A stretch of 64,000 nt of DNA from Hyphomicrobiaceae bacterium (GCA_035565975.1 DATMRT010000130.1:8834-72833); one strand, 5' to 3'; counted from the stretch's first letter, positions 20,326-30,929 are shown. The notes: generated from the sequence alone by a model not told the origin. Made by a program: numbers and translations.

Positions 20326-21414
20326 GTGGGCACACCGTCGATCGAAGTCCTGCACGAACTCGTCAAGCCGGCGCGCGAGGCCCTCTCGAAAGAGACTTGG
20401 GACTACCTCATGGGCGGCGCCGATACCGAGACGACGCTCGAACGCAATCGCCTCGCGATCGAAGAGATCGCCTTCCGTCCCCGCGTCCTGCGCGACGTCG
20501 CAACGGTCGACCTCTCGACCACCTTCCTCGGGCACAAGCTGCGACTTCCCATTATCCTCGCCCCGATCGGCTCGCTTCAGGATCTCTGCCCGGCAGGCGG
20601 CGTCGCCCCGACGAAAGCCGCGGCCGCGTTCGGCGTGCTGCACATGCTGAGCTCGGTGTGCAAGCCCGGCCTCGAGGAAGTGGCCGCCGCCGCCCCCGCC
20701 TATCCGAAGATCTTCCAGCTTTATATCCGTGGCGATGCGGCCTGGGTCGACGAGCGGGTCGCGGCGGCCGTTGCGCATGGCTATGCCGGGCTCTGCCTCA
20801 CGGTCGACCTCGACTACTACGGGCGGCGCGAGCGCGATATCGCCAAGCGCTACAAGCCGACGGCGCGCCGCGCGTCGGGCGCGACGGGCGCCGGCGATCC
20901 CTTCCAGCAGGCCTTCACCTGGAAGGACATCGCGCGCATCCGCAAGAACTGCCCGGTTCCGATGTTCATCAAAGGCATTGCGACCGCTGAGGACGCACGC
21001 ATGGCCGTCGATCATGGCGTCGACGTCGTCTACGTGTCGAACCATGGCGGGCGCCAGCTCGATCATGGCCGCGGCAGCCTCGGCGATCTCCCTGAAGTCG
21101 TGGAGGCCGTGAAAGGCAAGTGCCACATCGTTGTCGACGGTGGCATCTATCGCGGCGCGGACATCGTGAAGGCCATTGCCCTCGGCGCCAATGCTGTCGG
21201 CATCGGCCGCTTGCAGGGGCTGGCACTGGCAGCCGGCGGCGAGGCTGCCCTGCTGCGCGCGCTCGAAATTCTGGAGGACGAAACGCGCCGCGTGGTCGGC
21301 CTGCTCGGCCTGACGAGCATTGCTCAGCTCGACAGCAGCTTCCTTGCGCGTGCTACGCCCCTTTCCCGCCGCGGTCTCGACAGCCCCTTCCCTCTTCTAA
21401 AGGAAGGGTATTGA
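20326..21414 (+). CDS. FMN-dependent alpha-hydroxy-acid oxidase/dehydrogenase
   Basis: FRPRVLRDV, LTVD, SNHGGRQLD, VDGGIYRGADIVKAIALGA; GTG start after GAGGAGG. Confidence 0.92.
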   Translation: MGTPSIEVLHELVKPAREALSKETWDYLMGGADTETTLERNRLAIEEIAFRPRVLRDVATVDLSTTFLGHKLRLPIILAPIGSLQDLCPAGGVAPTKAAAAFGVLHMLSSVCKPGLEEVAAAAPAYPKIFQLYIRGDAAWVDERVAAAVAHGYAGLCLTVDLDYYGRRERDIAKRYKPTARRASGATGAGDPFQQAFTWKDIARIRKNCPVPMFIKGIATAEDARMAVDHGVDVVYVSNHGGRQLDHGRGSLGDLPEVVEAVKGKCHIVVDGGIYRGADIVKAIALGANAVGIGRLQGLALAAGGEAALLRALEILEDETRRVVGLLGLTSIAQLDSSFLARATPLSRRGLDSPFPLLKEGY

Positions 21415-21440
21415 GGCTGGCGGGGCGCGGCCGTGGATAT

Positions 21441-21455
21441 GTTCTCTTATTGTTC
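21441..21455 (+). promoter_or_regulatory. alphaproteobacterial LexA (SOS) box
   Basis: exact GTTC-TCTTATT-GTTC, about 78 bp upstream of comM. Confidence 0.7.
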
Positions 21456-21532
21456 TTGCGCATTGGGCGGCGCTGGCCTAGCCTGTTCCCATTGATCGGG
21501 CGGCACGTGCCGTCGCGTACTGGGGCGGGTTC

Positions 21533-23062
21533 ATGTACGGGCAGATTTCAACGCTCGCGTTCGTCGGCATCGAGGCGCGTCCCGTCGAGGTGCAGGTCCG
21601 GATCAGTGGCGGCCGGCACGTCTTCGCGATCGTCGGCCTGCCCGACAAGGCCGTCGCCGAGAGCCGCGAGCGCGTGCGTAACGCGCTGCACGCCGTCGGC
21701 CTTGCCCTGCCCTTCCGGCACATCACGGTCAATCTCGCCCCCGCCGACCTGCCCAAGGAAGGAAGCCACTTCGATCTCGCGATTGCGCTGGCGCTGATGG
21801 TCGCGACGGGCGCCATCGCGCCTGACGCTGTCGAGAGCTATGCGGCGGTCGGCGAACTGGCGCTCGACGGCTCCATTCGCGCTGTGCCCGGTGCGTTACC
21901 CGCCGCCATCGGTGCCAATGCGCTCGGCAAGGGTCTCATCTGTCCCGCGGCCTGTGGCGCCGAAGCCGCTTGGGCGGCGGAGGACATGGCCATTCTGGCA
22001 GCCCCTCACCTCCTCTCACTCGTCAACCACTTCAAGGGCACGCAGGTCATGGCGCGCCCTGAGCCGGGCGGCCCCGCAGGCCCCGAGACCATGCTCGACC
22101 TCGCCGACGTCAAGGGTCAGGAGAGCGCGCGCCGCGCCCTCGAAGTCGCGGCCGCAGGCGGGCATAACCTACTGATGGTTGGCCCACCAGGTTCGGGAAA
22201 GTCGATGCTGGCCGCGCGCCTGCCGTCCATCCTGCCACCGCTCGAACCAGCGGAAATGCTCGAAGTCTCGATGATCAAGAGCCTCGCCGGTGAGCTTGGT
22301 GATGGCCGCATCGCGCGCACGCGTCCATTTCGCGCCCCGCACCACTCGGCGAGCATGGCCGCGCTCGTCGGCGGCGGCATACGCGCTCGCCCCGGCGAGG
22401 TCTCGCTCGCGCACCTCGGCGTGCTCTTTCTCGACGAGCTGCCCGAGTTCCAGCCCAACGTGCTCGATGCGCTGCGCCAGCCGCTCGAAACCGGCGAGAC
22501 CGTCATCGCGCGCGCCAATCATCGCATCACGTATCCATCACGCTTCCAGCTTGTCGCCGCCATGAACCCCTGCAAGTGCGGCGGCGGCGGTCCGGGGACG
22601 ACGTGCAAGCGCGGACCGCGCTGCGCTGACGACTACCAGGCGCGCGTCTCAGGCCCCTTCCTCGACCGCATCGACATGCAGATCGAGCTCGGGCCGGTGT
22701 CGGCCGCCGATCTCGTGCTGCCGGCGCCGCGCGAAGGAAGTGCCGAGGTCCGCACGCGCGTCGCCGCCGCCCGCGCACGCCAGCGCGCCCGCTTCGCCGC
22801 CATTGGCGCTCAGCGCGTGCGCACGAATGCCGACTGCTCCGGACGCCTGCTCGAGGACGTCGCCATGCCGGATGACACCGGCCTCGCGCTGCTGCGATCC
22901 GCATCCGAGGCCATGGGTCTCTCAGCGCGTGCCTTCCATCGCACGCTCAAGGTCGCGCGCACCATCGCCGATCTCGACGGCGCCGAGCAGGTAGGACGCG
23001 CACACATCGCAGAGGCCCTCAGCTATCGCGGCGAGGCCATGCGGGCGGAGCGCGCCGCTTGA
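21533..23062 (+). CDS. comM: ComM/YifB Mg-chelatase-like AAA+ ATPase
   Basis: VGLPDKAVAESRERV, KEGSHFDLAIA, GPPGSGKS, FRAPHHSAS, LDRID. Confidence 0.93.
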   Translation: MYGQISTLAFVGIEARPVEVQVRISGGRHVFAIVGLPDKAVAESRERVRNALHAVGLALPFRHITVNLAPADLPKEGSHFDLAIALALMVATGAIAPDAVESYAAVGELALDGSIRAVPGALPAAIGANALGKGLICPAACGAEAAWAAEDMAILAAPHLLSLVNHFKGTQVMARPEPGGPAGPETMLDLADVKGQESARRALEVAAAGGHNLLMVGPPGSGKSMLAARLPSILPPLEPAEMLEVSMIKSLAGELGDGRIARTRPFRAPHHSASMAALVGGGIRARPGEVSLAHLGVLFLDELPEFQPNVLDALRQPLETGETVIARANHRITYPSRFQLVAAMNPCKCGGGGPGTTCKRGPRCADDYQARVSGPFLDRIDMQIELGPVSAADLVLPAPREGSAEVRTRVAAARARQRARFAAIGAQRVRTNADCSGRLLEDVAMPDDTGLALLRSASEAMGLSARAFHRTLKVARTIADLDGAEQVGRAHIAEALSYRGEAMRAERAA

Positions 23063-23119
23063 GATTTGGCACAAGGCGCGGCAAGTAGCGCGCTGAGGAA
23101 TCGCACGGGGAGAGTTCTC

Positions 23120-23581
23120 ATGAAACTGCTGGGCCAGGGCCTCTACTGGCAGGAAATGCCGGTCGGCGCGAAATACAAGACCTTCGGACGCACGATTACC
23201 GAGACGGATATCGTCAATTTCATCTCCTGCACGGGCTTTCTCGAAGTGCTCTTCACGGACATGGAGTTCGTCAAGGCACACTCCGCCATCCAGGGCCGCG
23301 TCGCGCCGGGCGCGCTCGTGTATGCGATTGCTGAAGGCATGACCATGCTCGGCACCATCCAGGGCACCGGCCTCGCCTTTCTCAACATGGAGCTCGACGT
23401 CAAAGGCCCGACTTTCGCCGGCGATACCATCCATTGCGAGATCGAAGTCATCGAGCAGCGTCCGACATCGAAGGGCGGCCGCGGACTCGTGCGCACGAGA
23501 AACACCGTCATCAACCAGCGCGGCGAGACCGTTCTCGTCTACACGCCGCTGCGCATGATGGCAGGAAAACCGGAGGCATAA
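23120..23581 (+). CDS. MaoC-family (hotdog) dehydratase
   Basis: GRTITETDIVNF, GPTFAGDTIH, NQRGETV. Confidence 0.88.
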   Translation: MKLLGQGLYWQEMPVGAKYKTFGRTITETDIVNFISCTGFLEVLFTDMEFVKAHSAIQGRVAPGALVYAIAEGMTMLGTIQGTGLAFLNMELDVKGPTFAGDTIHCEIEVIEQRPTSKGGRGLVRTRNTVINQRGETVLVYTPLRMMAGKPEA

Positions 23582-23596
23582 GTGATCGTGCCTTTG

Positions 23597-23665
23597 GCGC
23601 GAGCGAGACTAGGTCTCGCGCTCTACCGGGAGGGACACCCTCCCGGACCCACCCGCTTTTGTTAT
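23597..23665 (+). repeat. two-hairpin REP-like unit A
   Basis: GCGAGAC-TAG-GTCTCGC plus CCGGGAGGG-ACA-CCCTCCCGG plus CCCGCTTTT; homologous to units at 26347, 45048, 47692 and 50441-50510. Confidence 0.8.
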
Positions 23666-23763
23666 TGGGTGCCACAGCCCGAAACTATCCGCATGGCCGC
23701 CGCGGGCATAGCACCACGCCGCGGTTGCGAAGCACCTCTTCCCGGCAGCCCGCGGCAAACAAG

Positions 23764-24717
23764 CTAAAGCGACCGCCCGATATTCAGGAACCGCTCTTGC
23801 CGCTGCTTGCGGATTTCATCCGGCGACATCTTGTCGAACGCGGCGAGCGCCTTGGCGATGGCATCGCCCGCCCGACGCACGGCGCCTTCCTTGTCGCGAT
23901 GCGCGCCGCCGACGGGCTCGGGCACGATCTCGTCGATCACACCGAGCTCATGGAGATCCTGCGCAGTGATCTTCATGCTCGTTGCCGCATCGACCGCGCG
24001 CGTCGAATCGCGCCAGAGGATGGAGGCCGCCGCTTCCGGCGAAGCCACCGTGTAGACGGCGTGCTCGAGCATGAGAATGCGGTTGGCGCTCGCGATGGCG
24101 ATGGCGCCGCCGGAGCCGCCTTCGCCGATGACGAGGGCAATCATGGGCACGCCGAGCGAGAGACAGCGGTCGGTCGAGCGCGCGATGGCCTCGGCCTGCC
24201 CGCGCTCCTCGGCGCCGACACCGGGGTAAGCCCCCGCCGTATCGACGAGCGTGACGACCGGCATCGCGAAGCGCTCGGCCATGTCCATGAGGCGGACGGC
24301 CTTGCGATAGCCCTCGGGCCGCGCCATGCCAAAGTTGTGCTTGATGCGCGTCTCGGTGTCGTGGCCCTTCTCATGTCCGATGACCATGACAGAGCGGCCG
24401 CGGAACTTGCCGATACCGCCCATGATCGCGGCATCCTCGGAGAAGTAGCGGTCACCGGCGAGCGGCGTGAAGCTCTCGACGAGCTGCTCGATGTAATCGA
24501 GGCAGTGCGGGCGATCGGGATGGCGCGCGACAGTCGTCTTCTGCCAGGGATTGAGCCCGCCGTACGTCTCCGCGAGGAGCTGGGCAGCGCGCCCCTCAAG
24601 CTTGCTGATCTCGTCGCTGATCGCCGTGCTCTCGTCATCCTGGGTGAGCGCACGCAGTTCCGCGACTCGGCTCTCGAGCTCGGCGATCGGCTTCTCGAAG
24701 TCCAGATATGTGGCCAT
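23764..24717 (-). CDS. accA: acetyl-CoA carboxylase carboxyltransferase alpha
   Basis: MATYLDFEKPIAELE, NFGMARPEGYRKA, IGEGGSGGA. Confidence 0.97.
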   Translation of the reverse strand: MATYLDFEKPIAELESRVAELRALTQDDESTAISDEISKLEGRAAQLLAETYGGLNPWQKTTVARHPDRPHCLDYIEQLVESFTPLAGDRYFSEDAAIMGGIGKFRGRSVMVIGHEKGHDTETRIKHNFGMARPEGYRKAVRLMDMAERFAMPVVTLVDTAGAYPGVGAEERGQAEAIARSTDRCLSLGVPMIALVIGEGGSGGAIAIASANRILMLEHAVYTVASPEAAASILWRDSTRAVDAATSMKITAQDLHELGVIDEIVPEPVGGAHRDKEGAVRRAGDAIAKALAAFDKMSPDEIRKQRQERFLNIGRSL

Positions 24718-24921
24718 GCCTCGGCAAGCATCCTCAGGGCCGGCACGGCGCCCTTTGCAGCCGTGCACCTTTGATTTGCCGGGACATTCCCCGGGGCCTG
24801 CGCTCAAGTCAAGTTAAGGAATGGCGGGGAATGGGCCCCAGCTTGGCGCGCCACACCGCGACAGAGTCCCGCGAACAGGCTAAGAGGGTGCCAATGCTCT
24901 GAAAATGAGGCTTTGTCTGCC

Positions 24922-25302
24922 ATGCGGCTCCTGCTGCTCGCGGCGGCTGGCGGCGCGCTCGGCGCTGGCGTCCGTCATCTCGTTAATGTTTCAGTGCTGG
25001 CCCTGCTGGGCTCCGGGTTTCCGTGGGCTACGTTCATGATCAACATCGCCGGATCCCTGCTCATGGGCGTGGTGGTCGAGGCTCTTCTTCCGTTCAGTGG
25101 CACCTCCGTCGTCGCGTGGAGAACGTTTCTTGCGACGGGCATCCTGGGAGGCTTCACGACGTTCTCGGCGTTCTCCCTGGATATCTGGGTGCTATACGAG
25201 CGCGGGGAGCATCTCGCGGTATTCCTGTACGTCACGCTTTCGGTTGCGCTTGCTGTGGCTGCGCTCATCCTCGGCATGTCATTCGTGCGGTTCATCCGAT
25301 GA
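24922..25302 (+). CDS. crcB: fluoride efflux channel CrcB/Fluc
   Basis: GGALGAGVR, FPWATFMINIAGS, TGILGGFTTFSAFS. Confidence 0.94.
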   Translation: MRLLLLAAAGGALGAGVRHLVNVSVLALLGSGFPWATFMINIAGSLLMGVVVEALLPFSGTSVVAWRTFLATGILGGFTTFSAFSLDIWVLYERGEHLAVFLYVTLSVALAVAALILGMSFVRFIR

Positions 25303-26330
25303 CCGGTCCCGTCGAGACAATCAAGGTCGCGCACGACGAAGCAGGCATGCGCCTTGACCGCTGGTTCCGCGTCCACTTCCCCGATGTGGGCCACGTCTAC
25401 CTGCAGAAGCTTCTGCGCACGGGACAGGTGCGCGTGGACAGCCGTCGTGTCGAGGCGAATGCGCGCCTCGAGGCGGGCGCCGAGATCCGCGTGCCGCGCG
25501 TCGTGCGCCAGCCACCGAAATCGAGCAGCAGCGAAGCGAAGGGCGCGCCCCCCGCGAGCAAGGCCGACCGCGATCTGATCGAAAGCTGCATTCTGTTCGA
25601 GGACGACGACATCCTCGTGCTGAACAAACCCTTCGGCATTGCCGTGCAAGGCGGCACCGGCACGCGGCGCCACATCGACGGCATTCTCGCCGGCATGGCC
25701 GACCGCTTCGGTGATCGCCCGCGGCTCGTGCACCGCCTCGACCGCGATACGACAGGCGTGCTGCTCATCGCCAAGAAGCGCGACATCGCGGCAAAGCTCG
25801 GCCGTATCTTCCAGACGCGCGCGGCGGCGAAAACCTACTGGGCCCTCGTCAAAGGCGTACCCGTTCCGCGCCAAGGCAAAATCGAAGCTGCGTTGGTCAA
25901 AGCCTCCGGACCGGAGGGCGACCGCGTGCGCAAGGCCGAGCCCGGCGAGCAGGACGCGGCCATGCACGCGACGACGCATTATTCCGTCATCGATCGCGTC
26001 GCCAATCGCGCGGCGTGGGTCTCGCTGAAACCGGTCACGGGGCGCCAGCATCAGCTCCGCGCGCACATGGCCATGATCGGCCATCCCATCATCGGCGACA
26101 ACAAGTACGAGGGCGGCATCACCCAGATCATGGAGGCGCTGGAGCCGAAGCTGCATCTCCACGCGCGCCGCCTCGTGCTCCCGCATCCACGCGCGGGCAA
26201 ACCGCCGATCGACGTTACGGCACCGCTGCCGCCGCACATGCTCCGCTCGTTCGAGATCGTCGGCCTCGATGCGAACCAGTTCGAGCAGAATAAGGAGAAG
26301 CCGGCGCCGAAGTCTCAGCGCAAGCGGTGA
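25299..26330 (+). CDS. rluC: RluA/RluC-family pseudouridine synthase
   Basis: S4 domain, LVHRLDRDTTG, PVTGRQHQLRAH, LHLHA. Confidence 0.88.
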   Translation: MTGPVETIKVAHDEAGMRLDRWFRVHFPDVGHVYLQKLLRTGQVRVDSRRVEANARLEAGAEIRVPRVVRQPPKSSSSEAKGAPPASKADRDLIESCILFEDDDILVLNKPFGIAVQGGTGTRRHIDGILAGMADRFGDRPRLVHRLDRDTTGVLLIAKKRDIAAKLGRIFQTRAAAKTYWALVKGVPVPRQGKIEAALVKASGPEGDRVRKAEPGEQDAAMHATTHYSVIDRVANRAAWVSLKPVTGRQHQLRAHMAMIGHPIIGDNKYEGGITQIMEALEPKLHLHARRLVLPHPRAGKPPIDVTAPLPPHMLRSFEIVGLDANQFEQNKEKPAPKSQRKR

Positions 26331-26346
26331 CACGCTCGCGCCTGCG

Positions 26347-26470
26347 GCGCGACGGGGCTTTCGCCCCTGCCCCCAACCCGGGAGCCCCCGGGCCCCCTCC
26401 TTTTTATGACTTGGAGCGCGCCGCGACCGCGACAGATCCCCTTCTCCCCGCCCTTTACGGGGAGAAGGAA
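26347..26470 (+). repeat. REP-like unit B plus CCTTCTCCCCG palindrome
   Basis: GGGGC-TTTC-GCCCC, CCCGGG-N4-CCCGGG, TTTTATGACTTGGAG, then CCTTCTCCCCG..CGGGGAGAAGG (26440-26468). Confidence 0.75.
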
Positions 26471-26494
26471 AAGATGCGCTCGCGCAGCAACCTG

Positions 26495-27619
26495 CTAACC
26501 CAGAAACTCCTCGCGCACGGCACCTGTGTGTTGGCCGAGCGCCGGCACATTGTCGGCCGTGAGAAGCGCCTCGCCCATCCACTGCGCGGGCGGCACGGGC
26601 ATGTCGATGGTCCCCACTTCCGTCTTCACGCCCATCATGCGCAGATGCGGGTGCGCGTGCAGACCGAAGACATCATTGACGCGACCGAAGGCGATGTCGG
26701 CCGCATCGAGCTTCGCAATCGCCGTCTCGGCATCGTGCGCCGCGAACCACGCAGCGACGAGGCCATCGGTTTCGGGGCGGTTCTCGATGCGCGCGGGCGA
26801 GGTCGCAAACCGCGGATCGGTCCCGCAGTCGGGTCGCTCGAAGACCTTCGTGCAGAGCGTGCGCCATTCGCGGTCGTTCTGGATGCTGATGAGGATCGGC
26901 ACGTTGTCGCGCGTGGTGAAGACACCGTACGGCGCGAGCGAGATGTGCGAGAGGCCGATGCGGCGCGGCGGCGCACCGTAGATGCCTTGCAGCAGCGGCA
27001 CGCTCATGAGCTCCGCAATGGTGTCGAACATCGAGACGCGGATATCCGCACCCTTGCCCGTCGTTGCGCGGCGCAGGAGCGCTTCGAGAATGGCTTCGTA
27101 CGCGTGGAGACCCGTCGAGACATCGACGATCGAGACGCCGACACGTGCCGGCTCCGCGGCGCTGCCCGTCACGGATGCAAGACCGGACTCGGCCTGGATG
27201 AGCAGATCATACGCTTTGCGGTCGGCATAGGGACCGGTATCGCCGTAGCCGGAAATCGAGCAGGCGATGAGGCGCGGATGACGGGCGCAGATCTCTTCGA
27301 CCGGATAGCCGAGCTTTGCAAGTGCGCCAGGCTTCAGGTTCTGTACGAACACGTCGGCCTTCGCGAGCAGCGCATCGAACAGCTTGCGGTCCCCGGGCTT
27401 TGTCAGATCGACGACGACCGATTCCTTGCCCCGATTGAGCCAGATGAAATAGACGCTCTGCCCCTTGGCGAGCTGATCGTAGCCGCGCGCGAAATCACCC
27501 TCAGGCCGCTCGAGCTTGATGACGCGCGCGCCGGCATCGGCGAGACGCCGCCCGGTCATGGGTGCCGCAACGGCCTGCTCGAGTGAGACGACGAGAATGC
27601 CTTCAAGGGGCTTCTGCAT
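26495..27619 (-). CDS. family III CoA-transferase (CaiB/BaiF)
   Basis: LEQAVAAP, LADAGARVIKLERP, WLNRGKES, AYDLLIQAESG. Confidence 0.93.
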   Translation of the reverse strand: MQKPLEGILVVSLEQAVAAPMTGRRLADAGARVIKLERPEGDFARGYDQLAKGQSVYFIWLNRGKESVVVDLTKPGDRKLFDALLAKADVFVQNLKPGALAKLGYPVEEICARHPRLIACSISGYGDTGPYADRKAYDLLIQAESGLASVTGSAAEPARVGVSIVDVSTGLHAYEAILEALLRRATTGKGADIRVSMFDTIAELMSVPLLQGIYGAPPRRIGLSHISLAPYGVFTTRDNVPILISIQNDREWRTLCTKVFERPDCGTDPRFATSPARIENRPETDGLVAAWFAAHDAETAIAKLDAADIAFGRVNDVFGLHAHPHLRMMGVKTEVGTIDMPVPPAQWMGEALLTADNVPALGQHTGAVREEFLG

Positions 27620-27727
27620 TTTCTGGAATTCCCTGCATGGTCGGCGTGCAAAGCCGGTAACGCGCTGCTTTTAGCGCCGGAGGCCGACATCGTCTTCCCT
27701 ATATTCGACAGGGTGCCATGCGGTCGG

Positions 27728-27763
27728 AAAAATAAGAGCGGCGCCCTCCGGAGAGAGCGCCGC
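27728..27763 (-). terminator. intrinsic terminator after the Tim44 gene
   Basis: GCGGCGC..GCGCCGC stem followed by TCTTATTTTT on the minus strand. Confidence 0.7.
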
Positions 27764-27792
27764 CCGGTGACTTCAATCGCGGGTCAGATGCT

Positions 27793-28755
27793 TCAGGCCG
27801 ACTGGACGGCCGAGAGCTCCCATTGGCTGGCCGTGCCGCGGACCGGACGTACGAACGTCCAGACTTCCGTCAGCTCCGTCGGCTCGTCGCGACTGCCTTC
27901 GACGACGCGCCCCGTGGCCGTCTCGATGGTCGCGTCCTTGAGCGTGTAGCGCAGAGCGACCGTCGCGTACTCGAGCTGCTGCTCGCGCCACGCCTCGGCG
28001 AGATCACCCTGCTCGAGCTTCACGTCGGAGACGACGTTGAGCAGGCCGTTCTTCGCATTGTCGTCGAGCTCGGCCGCGAAGTACGAGAGCATTTCGGGCG
28101 TCAGTAGCCGGCCAAGGGCATCGACGTCGTTCTTGCCGTACGCCGTCTGCACCTCGCCCAGCATGCGCTCGAAGGCGTCGTAGTCGGCCGGGCCGATCTT
28201 GATCTCGTCGACGGCACCACCGCCACCAGCGCTGCCGCTACGGTTCAGGATGTCCGTGGGATTGCGACCCGCGTACGCACCCTGCGCGCCGGCCGTGGCC
28301 ATGGCCGGGTTTGTGCCCGCGCTGCCGCGGAAGAGCCGGAAAATCAGATAGACGATGCCGCCGATCAGCAGCATCTGCAGCAAGAACCCGGCGACGGCCG
28401 CGAGTGCGCCCATGCCAAAGATGCCAGCAAGCGCCGCCGCGAAGAGTCCACCGAGCAGCAGACCGCGCAGCCCACCGAAGCGCGACGCCTGCTGGGTTGC
28501 TGCCGCACCCGGACGCGCGGCCTGGTTAGCGCCCGCCTTCGGCGCACCCGGCTGGGTGATCGATTTGTTGATCGGCTGCGCCGCGTTCGGCGCCGTGTTC
28601 GTCCTCGGCGGTGCCTGATAGGTCTTCGCACCGCGGCTACCGAAACCGCCGAACCCGCGGCGGGCATCGGCATCGCTCGGCATGGTCGCAAGCACCACCA
28701 ACGCGCCGAGCGCGATGATACTGAGCCTGCCCAACCACCGCTTGAAACTGGTCAT
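27793..28755 (-). CDS. Tim44-domain membrane protein
   Basis: ARRGFGGFGSRG N-terminus, Gly-rich TM segments, EVWTFVRP..WELSAVQ. Confidence 0.88.
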   Translation of the reverse strand: MTSFKRWLGRLSIIALGALVVLATMPSDADARRGFGGFGSRGAKTYQAPPRTNTAPNAAQPINKSITQPGAPKAGANQAARPGAAATQQASRFGGLRGLLLGGLFAAALAGIFGMGALAAVAGFLLQMLLIGGIVYLIFRLFRGSAGTNPAMATAGAQGAYAGRNPTDILNRSGSAGGGGAVDEIKIGPADYDAFERMLGEVQTAYGKNDVDALGRLLTPEMLSYFAAELDDNAKNGLLNVVSDVKLEQGDLAEAWREQQLEYATVALRYTLKDATIETATGRVVEGSRDEPTELTEVWTFVRPVRGTASQWELSAVQSA

Positions 28756-28907
28756 TCTGCCTCCCCTACATTCATGGCCCACGCAGCCTATGCAGGCGCG
28801 CGCGATCTGCATTGCATATATAGGTGGCCGTGGCGCGAAGTCCATGGTGCGGCGCACGGCAATTTCCCCCTTCGAGGATTAGGAATGCGTCGGGATGGAC
28901 GACAATC

Positions 28908-30443
28908 TCAATCCGGCACGAAGGTATTCGTGCCGTCGGCGTGTCGGACGCGCCCGCGGACGCCGAGATACTCGCGCGCCGTCATATCGGCGAGGAGCGT
29001 CGGATCTTCGGGCGTGTTGGCCATGAAGCGGCGACCATCGCCGAGCCGTCCGAAAAGCACGCTGTAGGTCGGCCCCTTGCGGTCATGCATGACGGTATAG
29101 GTCTCGATGGTGGCCGGCCCTTCCGCGACTTCGGCGACGACCGGCCCGCGGTCATTGTCGATCTCGGCCTGATAGAGGGCCGGATCGCGCGGTGCGAAGA
29201 CCTTCTCCGTTGGCGTCGTCGAGTAGATGCCGGCGGACTGCTTTGTGACGTAGTTGCCATTCGCTGTAACGAGTCCGAACGAGCCCGGCTTTGCGCGCAC
29301 GCGGTTCATCATCTCGGCGATCGAGTGCGTGACGTAGTTGTTGCCGGGTCCACCGAAGTAGGGAAGGCCGCCCGTGACGGTGAGGCCGCGCGGATCCTCG
29401 AGCGGAATGCCCATCTCCGTGCACGCGATTTCCACAGCCGAGGGGAAGCAACTGTAGAGATCGATGTGCGCGATGTCGGCGAGAGACTTTCCCGCCATCT
29501 CGAAGGCCTCGCGCGCGACCGTCCGCATGGCCGGCGACGAGTAGTAGTTGTGGCGATCGGAGATGTACCAGTGGTCATGCGCGTCGGCGCAGCCGTGCAG
29601 ATAGACCCACTTATCCTGCGGAATGCCGAGCGCCTTCGCCTTGGCGACGGACGTCAGCACGAGCGCCGCCGCTTGGTCGATGTAGGCATTCGCGTTCATG
29701 AGCTTCGTGTAGGGAAAGCCGATGTAGGGATTCTCCGCACTCACCGTTGCAATGGTCTCGGCGCTGTAGCCGGCGCGGCGATCGGCGAGCGGGTTTGCCT
29801 TGGCGACGGCGGCGAAGTGCGCGAAGAGCTTGCCCATGGCCGCCAGATGCTCGGGGATCGTGCGCCCGAGATGACCGCGAATGCCGTTCTCGAAGAGCGG
29901 ATAGGCGAAGATCGCGCCGGCCATGCGGTGGCGCTGTTCCATGTCGCTCCAGCCACGCGTGGCAACGCCCCACACTTCCGGCTCGCCACCCGGGTCCTCC
30001 GACCAGTCGAGCTGCAGCTTGGCGCGCTCGGCGGCCTTCTGCGTTGAAAGTGCCTCGCCGCCGGCGATCAGCGCCGCCGCGCACTCGCCGCGCACGACCA
30101 TCTCGAAGAGACGGTTCACGCACCATTGCGGCATGTTACCGCCCGGATGTGTGTAGATGAGCCGCTGCGCGGAGGTCGCGCCGAGGCGGTTGGCGAGCGA
30201 GCGCGGCGGGTTGGTGTATCGGCCAAAGGGCGAAGTAAAACGCCAGCTCGTGTCCGAGAACGAGCGGATCATGACTACCGTGTCGAGCGTGCCAAGGAGC
30301 GCCGAACCGGCCCCCGTATCCTCAGCCGCAGCGCGGGCCGCATCCGCCGTCAGATCCATGGGCGAGCGCGCACGCGCCGGGTCTTTCTCGCGCTGCGTAA
30401 TCTGCCCGCAGCCGACCAGCACCGGAATTCGGGTCTCGTCCAT
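28908..30443 (-). CDS. thiolase-like acetyl-CoA acetyltransferase family protein
   Basis: PVLVGCGQ, GGNMPQ, DLYSCFPSAV, LTVTGGLPYFGGPGNNY. Confidence 0.85.
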   Translation of the reverse strand: MDETRIPVLVGCGQITQREKDPARARSPMDLTADAARAAAEDTGAGSALLGTLDTVVMIRSFSDTSWRFTSPFGRYTNPPRSLANRLGATSAQRLIYTHPGGNMPQWCVNRLFEMVVRGECAAALIAGGEALSTQKAAERAKLQLDWSEDPGGEPEVWGVATRGWSDMEQRHRMAGAIFAYPLFENGIRGHLGRTIPEHLAAMGKLFAHFAAVAKANPLADRRAGYSAETIATVSAENPYIGFPYTKLMNANAYIDQAAALVLTSVAKAKALGIPQDKWVYLHGCADAHDHWYISDRHNYYSSPAMRTVAREAFEMAGKSLADIAHIDLYSCFPSAVEIACTEMGIPLEDPRGLTVTGGLPYFGGPGNNYVTHSIAEMMNRVRAKPGSFGLVTANGNYVTKQSAGIYSTTPTEKVFAPRDPALYQAEIDNDRGPVVAEVAEGPATIETYTVMHDRKGPTYSVLFGRLGDGRRFMANTPEDPTLLADMTAREYLGVRGRVRHADGTNTFVPD

Positions 30444-30929
30444 TGGTGTCCTTCTCCCGCGGTTTTGTTGCCGATACGCGCGTTTTTCGGCTCATGCTCG
30501 GCTGTAGCCGCGACCCGGTCAATCGGGGCTTCCGGAGACGCCGCAAAGTAGCCGCGAACCGCTTGCGGCAATCCTGTGGCACTCGGCCATTTGGCCACCT
30601 AATGGCCTTAATTCGCAAAAGGGCTTGGGTTGGGCTCAAAAATATCTTTCGTCGGAGCGTCACGAGCGCGCAACGTCGATGTGTCAAGAACAGCACGCAT
30701 TAATACTTGATCATCCAGAGAAGACCTATGGTTAATTTAACCCCTCTTCTGGAGAGTGGCACTTAGATCACACTTTCTACATAGATTCATTTGAGCAGAA
30801 TGGCCCGATTTGTGCTTTGCGGGAACGTTTTCGCTTGCCACGCGTCTTTAGCGAACCTTACTGTTTGTTCATTGGCACCCCGCGGTGCCGTGGCACAGAC
30901 GATGGAGCAGATCAGTCATGGAGGGTTCG

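Noticed and set aside
24820-24910. Fluoride riboswitch upstream of crcB
   Set aside because: GGGGAATGGGCCCC loosely resembles P1, but the GAUG..GCU(G/A)AUG..CUAC core and pseudoknot pairing cannot be assembled.
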